This document shows positions 19,289 through 26,874 of a DNA stretch of 64,000 nucleotides, piece after piece (the stretch's first letter is position 1; each line of letters begins with the position of its first letter). The notes beneath the pieces were generated by a model. The model searched no databases. It was given only the letters and a program-made list of their open reading frames with translations, and was not told where the DNA came from. Both the position numbers and the translations under genes were made by a program. The stretch is from Syntrophomonadaceae bacterium (GTDB taxonomy: Bacteria; Bacillota; Syntrophomonadia; Syntrophomonadales; DTU052). The DNA lies in NCBI GenBank assembly GCA_012728655.1, contig JAAYEQ010000005.1, positions 2,547 to 66,546 on the forward strand, given 5' to 3'.

Positions 19289-20260
19289 TCAGAGGCGGCC
19301 GAAAGCCCTGAGTATCTGTTCCGCCCGCAATTGATAAGTATGCTCTTCATATACATATCTTTGGGCGCACAAAGCTCGTTCCCGGCGTTCATTTTCGCTC
19401 ATGCCCAGGATGGTTTCGACGGCGTTCAGGGTTTGGTCGGTATTCCTGGCCTGGAATATCAGGTCGCCAAACAGCGCTTCCTGGGCTTTGGTGTAATGGC
19501 CCAGGTACAGACCGCCCCCGCAGCCCAGCGCTTCAAAGGGGCGCATTGAGGTTTGGGTGATCGAGGTATCGTCACAGTTGACGCCCAGCACTATCTTGGC
19601 GGAACTGTAAACCCAAGGCAGTTCCTCATACGGGAGCAGACCGCCGTAAACCCAGGGGTAGGATAGAAGATTTACCGGCCTCGTTGGATCATCCCAGTAT
19701 AACCCCCAGATTTTAATGGAAAAGCCTCGTTCTACCAGGGGCATGATAAACCACCGGATTTCCTGGTAGCGGGAATCGTAATTTGTGGCCACCAGTATCA
19801 TATCGTAGAGATAATCCTCTCGGGGCCCGGTATAGCGGTGGAATTCCGGATTACACGCAAACAGCAGCACTTCAGAACCTTTCCCCATTGATTCATACCG
19901 GGAAACGCACTCGGCAGTGGTGGTAAAGATGTAATCTACCAGGGGGGCATAGGCCATAGAGACGGACTCGGTTGAAACCGGATCTTCGATGGCCCAGTAC
20001 AAATGCGGCAGGGAAAGACTGCGAATCAGGTGGCAAACTGTAGGGACATCAAATCCCGGATAACCTTCGGTGAAAACAAAGTCCGGTTTAAACTCGCGGA
20101 TTATCGAAAGTAACCGGCGCCGCTGTTCTCGCGGCGAAACTCCTCCCCAGAGGCGTTCCTCTCCGCCCATGATAATCCTAACCTGACATCCGATTTGCCG
20201 GAAACCTGCTGCCAGGCCGTATTTAATTAATGGCGATTCATTGGTAAACAGAACCCGCAT
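19289..20260 (-). CDS. CgeB-family glycosyltransferase, second paralogue
   Basis: 323 aa from ATG 20260 (AGGGGG upstream). Collinear with the 17385-18461 product (YWAIEDP, LVATNY, IKIWG, YSSAKIVLGVN, SMRPFEALGCGG). Confidence 0.7.
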   Translation of the reverse strand: MRVLFTNESPLIKYGLAAGFRQIGCQVRIIMGGEERLWGGVSPREQRRRLLSIIREFKPDFVFTEGYPGFDVPTVCHLIRSLSLPHLYWAIEDPVSTESVSMAYAPLVDYIFTTTAECVSRYESMGKGSEVLLFACNPEFHRYTGPREDYLYDMILVATNYDSRYQEIRWFIMPLVERGFSIKIWGLYWDDPTRPVNLLSYPWVYGGLLPYEELPWVYSSAKIVLGVNCDDTSITQTSMRPFEALGCGGGLYLGHYTKAQEALFGDLIFQARNTDQTLNAVETILGMSENERRERALCAQRYVYEEHTYQLRAEQILRAFGRL

Positions 20261-20419
20261 GGTTTTCCCCCTCATTCCCCTGCCGGCCTATAATTGGAAG
20301 TTCTTGCAGCCGGGAAAAAGCTTAAGGCCGGAAACTACTACCATAGTATATTGGCAAATCGGTTTTTTGACACCGGGCAAGGTTCAAAAGGTCGGGGTCG
20401 TTAACGGCTCGGGGTAATT

Positions 20420-21238
20420 TTGAGTCCTTTTAATACCCTGGTGCATAAAAAGATAATAGTGATGCCAACAGAAAGAGTATCAGGGGATGATAGTATTATT
20501 AATCCGCCTCGGGTTTTAATCGGGTGTCCGGTACGGAACAGGGGGTGGATACTGCCCCGCTACCTGCGGTCCCTGTTGGAATTGGAATACCCGCAGCACT
20601 GCATAGAATATGCCTTCGTTGTCAATGACAGCACTGACGACACCCTTGGCATCCTCCAGGAATTTGCACGCAGTTCCATTTCACCGGTACATATCACCAT
20701 CAAGAATATGGGCAGCCGGCGCCCGTCCTCACGGGGAGCCTATAATATCGGAAACCTGGCGATTCTGCGCAATATCCTGTTGCAAATTTTTCTAAGCAGC
20801 GAGTGCAGCCATCTTTTCTCCGTCGACAGCGATATCCTGGTAACCCCCGATAGTCTGAGCGCGTTGCTCCGGCTGAACCTGCCGATAGTTTCGCTTCTGG
20901 TGCGAAACGACCACCATCTTGGTGACCTGGGGTATTACAACATATCACAATTACAGGGAGACCATTACCGGCCGGTTCAGGATTTTCCCCGCGGCGGCGT
21001 GATACAGGTTGACTGCACCGGTGCCGCTTATCTGATTCAACGCGGGGTAATCGAGATGGGAGTAAGGTATTACCCCCACCGGCAGGGGGAAGATGTAGGT
21101 TTTTGCGAAGATGCCCGGGCGAGAGGTATCTCCATATGGTGCCACACCGGCGTGGAGGGCAGCCATGTGATGACCGGGGCCCGATGTTCAAAAGAAACAC
21201 AAACTGGAGCCTTTTTAAAAGAAGGAGGTGCAACCTAA
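20420..21238 (+). CDS. GT-A fold glycosyltransferase (family 2-like)
   Basis: Pattern RVLIGCPVRN...FVVNDSTDDT...SVDSD (DxD-like)...GEDVGFCEDA. Start uncertain (TTG 20420 or ATG 20462). Confidence 0.55.
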   Translation: MSPFNTLVHKKIIVMPTERVSGDDSIINPPRVLIGCPVRNRGWILPRYLRSLLELEYPQHCIEYAFVVNDSTDDTLGILQEFARSSISPVHITIKNMGSRRPSSRGAYNIGNLAILRNILLQIFLSSECSHLFSVDSDILVTPDSLSALLRLNLPIVSLLVRNDHHLGDLGYYNISQLQGDHYRPVQDFPRGGVIQVDCTGAAYLIQRGVIEMGVRYYPHRQGEDVGFCEDARARGISIWCHTGVEGSHVMTGARCSKETQTGAFLKEGGAT

Positions 21239-21351
21239 GCACACTTCATTCCTGCCTTTCATAATATATCCTAGAAATCAAGCCAGAAGCGTTTTCCTTC
21301 CCGCGGCGGCAGTAAGGAGGTCAAGGATTACACATAAAGGAGGGAAGATGA

Positions 21352-21918
21352 ATGGGTTTGATTTGTGAATACCCCTGCCGGCTCGATCTTTTCGCCGAGG
21401 TTGTCAAAGCCAAAAATATACAGCGCCAGGAAAAAGTGCTTGACGAAATCATCTGTATTCCAGCCGAGGATGTCGGAGGAAGAATCACCCAGATTGACGA
21501 TATTAAAGTACAGTTGATATCAGCAGAGGAAACATTTGTTGGCAACCACAGAGTGAAGGTGAGCCTGGCTTTCAACCTGATACTCATTGTAGTTGTTGGC
21601 GAAGACCCGGGAACTTTTGAGATCGTAACCCTGGAGGGGTTCAACTTCAGCAAGAGCATACCCTTGGATGAGTTTACCCCTCCCTTGAGTCCGCAAGAAT
21701 TCAAGGAAGAGGTTGAGAGATCCCAGATAATCCTCAAGAACTGGAGTTTTGAAGGAGAGATCTTGGGTAATTGCGAGGACCCCAACAGCCCCTGTTTCAC
21801 GGTTACCCCTGTACCCGGAACCTGCATTTCGCTCAAAGTATTTGTTGATATCATCGACAAACTCACCAAGTTCCATGACATAGTCGCGTTTGCCGAACTT
21901 GATCCCGACGATTGCTAA
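21352..21918 (+). CDS. Hypothetical protein with Cys-containing termini, possible spore-coat component
   Basis: 188 aa with a good RBS (GGAGG 8 nt upstream). N-terminal CEYPC, internal CEDPNSPC, C-terminal DPDDC. Beta-rich repeats loosely reminiscent of SPOCS/DUF3794 proteins (unverified). Confidence 0.5.
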   Translation: MGLICEYPCRLDLFAEVVKAKNIQRQEKVLDEIICIPAEDVGGRITQIDDIKVQLISAEETFVGNHRVKVSLAFNLILIVVVGEDPGTFEIVTLEGFNFSKSIPLDEFTPPLSPQEFKEEVERSQIILKNWSFEGEILGNCEDPNSPCFTVTPVPGTCISLKVFVDIIDKLTKFHDIVAFAELDPDDC

Positions 21919-21926
21919 CCCCCTGT

Positions 21927-21986
21927 GCCTGGCGTCAGCCAGGCGTTTACTTAGAAGAAAGGGGGGACTTGGGCAAGTCTCCCCTG
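21927..21986 (+). terminator. Two consecutive hairpins after the 188-aa gene
   Basis: GCCTGGC-gtca-GCCAGGC (21927-21944) then GGGGGGACTT-gggc-AAGTCTCCCC (21962-21986, one G-U). T-tracts are weak. Confidence 0.4.
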
Positions 21987-22008
21987 TCAGCCTGGGAGGA
22001 ATGAGTTT

Positions 22009-22215
22009 TTGGATGAGAAAAACAATCGGACCCAAGTCAGGGACCGGGTTAGAAGACTGATTGACTCACAGAGGGAATTCAACGAACTGGTGAACCAGTT
22101 TCGACGGGAAACCAGCGACCCCGAAGTGCAGCGAATCCTGGGGGAAATCGCCAACCGAGGTCTTGAAATCGTGAACCGACTGTCTCGATTGCTGGCCATA
22201 AAATGCGTAACTTGA
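22009..22215 (+). CDS. Hypothetical small Arg-rich helical protein
   Basis: 68 aa. TTG start 9 nt after GGGAGGA. No family recognised. Confidence 0.4.
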   Translation: MDEKNNRTQVRDRVRRLIDSQREFNELVNQFRRETSDPEVQRILGEIANRGLEIVNRLSRLLAIKCVT

Positions 22216-22546
22216 AGGTAGGCAAACCCTCTGGTGGAGGGTTGTTGATAAAAAGTCTTAACCTGCTCCCTCTGACTTAACTGACGTAAAAGCTTCCTTG
22301 CCGGAAAGATTGCCGGACTTCGCTTGCCGGGTTGGCCCCGTTAATCGTATGCTGCAAGCCGGGAAAAAATAACGGCCGGCTGAAAACAGCCAGAAAAATA
22401 ACGTTAAATGAGCATAAAAGCAGTAAAAATAGGGATTTATCGCCGTATTCAGTAACCCGGCCCCGATTCCCGACATATAATTAGGTAACGAATTGGATAA
22501 TCTTCCAGCTTTGGAGGTGTCAATAAGAGCAGGGGAGGGGGTCAGA

Positions 22547-22708
22547 ATGGCTACGGATAAGTTTGAACACGCTACCTTCTATCTGACAAAAAACCAGGTT
22601 GATCAAATCAAGAAGCTTGCAAAAGACAACCAGATCTCGCGCAGTGCATTGGTGCGCATGATTATAAGAGAATACCTTGCCAGACAGGATGAAAACAAGA
22701 AGGAGTAG
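22547..22708 (+). CDS. Ribbon-helix-helix (CopG/Arc-like) DNA-binding protein
   Basis: 53 aa from ATG 22547 after GGAGGGGG. RHH pattern: beta strand HATFYLTK, then helices QVDQIKKLAK and SRSALVRMIIREYL. Confidence 0.65.
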   Translation: MATDKFEHATFYLTKNQVDQIKKLAKDNQISRSALVRMIIREYLARQDENKKE

Positions 22709-22735
22709 TGCAAACAGCGCATGCATGGCTGAACA

Positions 22736-22760
22736 AAAAGCACCCGGAAAGGGTGCTTTT
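22736..22760 (+). terminator. Rho-independent terminator after the RHH gene
   Basis: AAAAGCACCC-ggaaa-GGGTGCTTTT, a perfect 10-bp stem. Confidence 0.7.
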
Positions 22761-22935
22761 GGCCTGCTGTCTGCGGTGGCAAGCTTTATCATCATGTGTT
22801 AACCGAACAAAAGTTGAGCGCGATTGGTTTACCCAGGCCGAAATCTATAATACAATTAAGGCAGACAAGCTCGAAAACTACAATTTAATGTATAATGTTG
22901 TCGAAACTAGTAGTGATAAATGGAGAGGGCTGGAT

Positions 22936-24873
22936 ATGCAGAGCGATGTAATGCCAATATGGAATAATTCCACGAAAAAACAATCCTTGAAAACAGCGGA
23001 TAGAATGGAGCAGGCGTGGAATTTGTTTATGCGGGACGGTGTTGTTGACAGCAGCATAGTAAGGCCCGAGATTGCCAATTCCTGGCGCCGTTGTTACAAA
23101 CAGGGCAGGAAAAGCGGACTGGTTCCGCAAAGCGTGCTGAAAGAGCACCAGAAGAGCAATGAACTCTTAATTGAAGTATCGAAACCGGTAATAAGCGATC
23201 TGGTAAATATGATGAACAAGCAACTCGACAGTTTTTCCGTAATGCTGCTGGACGCCGAAGGAGTGGTTATTCACCGGATTAATTATAACAATAACATTGT
23301 GACCCTGGGGCATCTATGTGATGAGAGGCATCGCGGTACCAGCGGTCCGGCACTGGCAATTGCCAATAATGTGGGAACTGAGGTGGTCGGTTATGAGCAT
23401 CTTTATCCCAACGCCCATCACTGGCATACCATCGGAGTCCCGATTCGTGACGGCGACATGCATACTGTCGGTGTTATAGCGTTGCTGAATACCACAGGTC
23501 AGTACATCCCTCTTACCATGCAAATCGTTTCCCTGGCCGCTTCCATAATTGAATCCCGTCTGCACCGCCAGAAATTGCTGCTGGATGTATCATCTACGGT
23601 CATGAATGCACTAAACAGTGCCGCCATGCTGGTTAATGAACAGGGAATAGTTGTGTGCGCCAATGAACTGTGTCTGAATCTCCTGGGAACGACCCCGGAG
23701 AGGCTCTTTGGCAATAATCTGGCGGAGCACCTGACTGCCGTTAATAACCAAGATTTGCTGCTGACTCTGGCATCCGGCGACGACACTTTCTATGTGCCGA
23801 TTAAGAACCGTGACAGCGGCTGTCGGCACTCCAATCGAATTTGCCGGGTGGACAGGCAAATAATTCAGATCGAACCCCGGGAAACCTTGTTTATGTTGAC
23901 TTTTAAGCCAATGTATCAATATCTGTTTAACAAATCGGTTGCTGAAACCGACGCCTTTTCTGTTCTGGCCGGTAAAAATAAGGCGTTTCTTAAAGTAATC
24001 GAGACGGCTCGAAAGGCTGCAGGTATGAATTGCAACATCCTGATTGAGGGGGAAAGCGGAACCGGCAAGGAATTGATCGCTCAGGCCATCCATCGACAAA
24101 GCGCACGTCCCGGACGTTTTGTTGCCGTTAACAGCGGCGCCATTCCCAAAGAATTGTGGAACAGTGAGCTTTTCGGTTATGAAGAGGGTGCTTTTACCGG
24201 CGCAAAGAAAGGCGGGAATCCGGGGAAGTTTGAACTGGCCCATAAAGGAACCCTCTTTCTTGATGAAATTGCTGAAATGCCTCTGCCCATGCAGGTATCG
24301 CTTTTGCGTTTGCTGGAAGATAAAACGGTTACCCGACTGGGGGGGAAAGATTCCCGGATTTTTGATGTACGTGTTATCGCGGCCACCAACCGCAACCTGA
24401 TGAATGAAGTGAGGAATGGCAGTTTTCGTGAGGACCTGTTTTATCGGTTGAATGTGGTTTATCTCAAGGTCCCGCCCTTGCGCGAACGCAAGGATGATAT
24501 TCCCATTTTGGCAGAGCTGATGTTACAACGGTGCTGTTCAAAAAACAATATGAGTGCTCCACAGATTGACCGCCAGGTTATAGATGTTTTTTGTGATTAT
24601 AATTGGCCCGGCAATGTCCGGCAACTGCAAAATGTAATGGAATGCAGTCTTATTCAAGATGATGACGGTGTGATCACCCGTGATGACTTACCCTCTTATC
24701 TATTGGAAGACAGTAATTCAGCGACTAAGGCGGGGAAACTTCAACAGGTGGAAGAGACTGTGATTCGGGAAGCCCTGCAGAGGAATAATGGAAACATCAG
24801 CCAAACTGCCAGGGAACTAGGGATCACCCGGAAAACTCTGTACAGGAAGATGAAGAAGATCGCCAACGGTTGA
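22936..24873 (+). CDS. Sigma-54-dependent transcriptional activator (AcoR-like sensory N-terminus, PAS, AAA+, Fis HTH)
   Basis: Walker A GESGTGKE, GAFTGA motif (EEGAFTGAKKGG), Walker B LFLDEI, C-terminal HTH ISQTARELGITRKTLYRKMKK, N-terminal SWRRC motif typical of AcoR-type regulators. Start set at ATG 22936 (GGAGAGGG upstream) because the longer ORF runs through a terminator hairpin. Confidence 0.9.
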   Translation: MQSDVMPIWNNSTKKQSLKTADRMEQAWNLFMRDGVVDSSIVRPEIANSWRRCYKQGRKSGLVPQSVLKEHQKSNELLIEVSKPVISDLVNMMNKQLDSFSVMLLDAEGVVIHRINYNNNIVTLGHLCDERHRGTSGPALAIANNVGTEVVGYEHLYPNAHHWHTIGVPIRDGDMHTVGVIALLNTTGQYIPLTMQIVSLAASIIESRLHRQKLLLDVSSTVMNALNSAAMLVNEQGIVVCANELCLNLLGTTPERLFGNNLAEHLTAVNNQDLLLTLASGDDTFYVPIKNRDSGCRHSNRICRVDRQIIQIEPRETLFMLTFKPMYQYLFNKSVAETDAFSVLAGKNKAFLKVIETARKAAGMNCNILIEGESGTGKELIAQAIHRQSARPGRFVAVNSGAIPKELWNSELFGYEEGAFTGAKKGGNPGKFELAHKGTLFLDEIAEMPLPMQVSLLRLLEDKTVTRLGGKDSRIFDVRVIAATNRNLMNEVRNGSFREDLFYRLNVVYLKVPPLRERKDDIPILAELMLQRCCSKNNMSAPQIDRQVIDVFCDYNWPGNVRQLQNVMECSLIQDDDGVITRDDLPSYLLEDSNSATKAGKLQQVEETVIREALQRNNGNISQTARELGITRKTLYRKMKKIANG

Positions 24874-25171
24874 GTACCACCAAACCCTGATGCCTTTTAA
24901 TGCAAGAGGTGAGAAAAACACCGCTTATCATTCGGCTAATAATTGTTTACTTACTACACACAGTATCTTTGATATACACCGGTGGCCGGAACCCTCAATT
25001 GTCCCACCATTAGAGACCGTTCGGTCGGGTAATGCTCCTCCGAACGGTTGATTCTTTATTGTTCAGACTTAATCGGTTGTCATCATTTGATCAAGATATC
25101 AACTTTCTCTTTCCTTTCTACCCCCCTAAAATCCCTGATTATCACTACTTCATAGGCTTTGCCCTGCGCTT

Positions 25172-25187
25172 TGGCACGGTTTTTGCA
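25172..25187 (+). promoter_or_regulatory. Sigma-54 (-24/-12) promoter
   Basis: TGGCACggtttTTGCA: GG at 25173-25174 and GC at 25185-25186, exact GG-N10-GC spacing. About 170 nt upstream of the acyl-CoA dehydrogenase start and directly downstream of the EBP gene. Confidence 0.8.
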
Positions 25188-25357
25188 AGTTGATCTAAAC
25201 GAAAATTCGACGCGGAAAACGGGGGTATTGGTTCGGTACAGCCGATGAGCAGACCGCCAGTACTGTCAGTAAAATTCGCAATCGGGAGGTGACACGGAGT
25301 TCAAGCAACCAAGCACGAAAGCTGTTTAGGTCAAAAATACTGCAGGGAGGGAATACT

Positions 25358-26545
25358 ATGATGTGGTTTATGAATGAAGAACGCGAGTTGATGCGTAATA
25401 TCGCCCGGGAATTTGTCGAGAAAGAGGTTCTTCCAGTTGCCCAGGAATTGGACATGAATGAAGAATATCCGCGACATCTCTTTAGAAGAGCCGGGGAATT
25501 GGGATTAATAGGGGTTGTATACCCCAAAGAATACGGCGGGTTGGATGGAGATTGGGTAACCAAAATGCTGATAACCGAGGAATTGTGTAAAGGGTCTCCT
25601 ACGCTTAACGTAGTTATCGGTGCCCACAGCTCTCTGGCCGGCGGTGTTTTAAATCTCCTGGGGACCCACGAGCAAAAGGCAAAGTACCTTACACCGGCGG
25701 TAAAAGGGGAACAGATTTTGGCGCTGGCTTCAACCGAGTCTGCAGGTTGTTTTAACATGGAAGAATTCCAGACCAGAGCCTATCAGGACGGCGATGAGTG
25801 GGTCATAAACGGTACCAAGATATTTATAACCAATATTATGGTGGCCGACACTTACATCGTTACCGCCAGAACTGCCGAGCACTATGATCCGGTGACCCGC
25901 AAAGGATTCAGCATGTTCATCGTGGAGAAGGATACTCCGGGATTGGAATTCGGTAAAATCGAGAACAAACTGGGGTGGCATGGTTCCAATACCGGACCGG
26001 TATATTTTAAGAATGTGCGGGTGCCTAAAGAAAACATTTTAGGACCTTTGCATGAAAGTGTCGGTGCTTTTGCTCTCAGCGCCTGCGACGAATACATGTC
26101 GTGCGGTGCGGCCGGTTTGGGTATAGCCGAAGCCTGTTACGAGAAAGCCCTGGCCTACGCCAAGAGCAGAATGCAGAAGGGCAAATCGCTTTATGACAAC
26201 TATCAGGTTATCAGGCATAAATTTGCGCGTATGGCAACGGAAATTGAGGCTTTGCGGGCACTCACCTTCGGTACGGCCATGATAAGAGATACCGGTGTTT
26301 ATCCGCTGGCCCTGGCGCGCATGTGCAAGACCAAAGGATACGAAACCGCCATGCTGTGCGCCAACGAAGCGGTCCAGATTTTCGGCGGTCTGGGCGTAGT
26401 TCGAGAAACCGGGGTGGAACGCTTCTTCCGCGATGCCAGGTTGTTTGGAATCGCCGGAGGGGCGATTGAGCCTCTGTTCGATCAGATAAACATGTTTAAG
26501 GACCACAATATGGAATTCATCGTCAGACAAGCCCCGCAATCGTAG
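25358..26545 (+). CDS. Acyl-CoA dehydrogenase (IVD/LCAD-type catalytic-base position)
   Basis: 395 aa from ATG 25358 (GGGAGGG upstream). ACAD N, middle and C domains (YPKEYGG, ALASTESAGCFN, WVINGTKIFITN, IFGGLGV..E..VERFFRDARL). Confidence 0.9.
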   Translation: MMWFMNEERELMRNIAREFVEKEVLPVAQELDMNEEYPRHLFRRAGELGLIGVVYPKEYGGLDGDWVTKMLITEELCKGSPTLNVVIGAHSSLAGGVLNLLGTHEQKAKYLTPAVKGEQILALASTESAGCFNMEEFQTRAYQDGDEWVINGTKIFITNIMVADTYIVTARTAEHYDPVTRKGFSMFIVEKDTPGLEFGKIENKLGWHGSNTGPVYFKNVRVPKENILGPLHESVGAFALSACDEYMSCGAAGLGIAEACYEKALAYAKSRMQKGKSLYDNYQVIRHKFARMATEIEALRALTFGTAMIRDTGVYPLALARMCKTKGYETAMLCANEAVQIFGGLGVVRETGVERFFRDARLFGIAGGAIEPLFDQINMFKDHNMEFIVRQAPQS

Positions 26546-26579
26546 TTGCAGCCGGAACACCAAAACAGTATCCGCACGC

Positions 26580-26732
26580 TTGAATGGGGCATTTGCCCGT
26601 GGATTACATCAGATTTTGGGAGGGATTCCGCTTACCGAAGGAATACAAAGGCTGTTTAAAGGTATTGAAGAGGGCATACTTCACATCTTGACTCATCCCC
26701 AGTACAAACCTGCGGTTGAGGCGAAGTATTAG
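26580..26732 (+). pseudogene. Probable 3' remnant of a second SDR gene
   Basis: The frame ending at TAG 26730-26732 reads ..GGIPLTEGIQRLFKGIEEGILHILTHPQYKPAVEAKY. This is collinear, without gaps, with the C-terminus of the downstream SDR (..HGIELEQAIDMLFEALEKDQFYAQTTSQARPRIEQRF). No ATG, no RBS and no Rossmann part. Confidence 0.35.
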
Positions 26733-26874
26733 ATGATTATGGATTCCATGCCCCAGTAAGTATCGCTGCGGTAAAGCGAGCTGGGCAGACTGTAAGTTTA
26801 AACACCGTCTACTGTTCACTTGATTGGAGATTTTGCAACCGGCTGTTGCACAAAAATTAAGGAGGGATTGAATC

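Noticed and set aside
22258-22476. 72-aa hydrophobic ORF on the minus strand in the spacer before the RHH gene
   Set aside because: There is no Shine-Dalgarno sequence before its ATG and no recognisable family. It is treated as non-coding, though a small membrane peptide cannot be excluded.
22547-22708. RHH protein as the antitoxin of a type II TA pair
   Set aside because: No downstream or upstream toxin-sized ORF shares its transcription unit, and a terminator follows immediately.
22708-22935. 76-residue N-terminal extension of the sigma-54 activator suggested by the ORF track
   Set aside because: The extension contains a perfect terminator hairpin (22736-22760) and has no RBS. ATG 22936 has a GGAGAGGG RBS, and the AcoR-like domain begins just after it.
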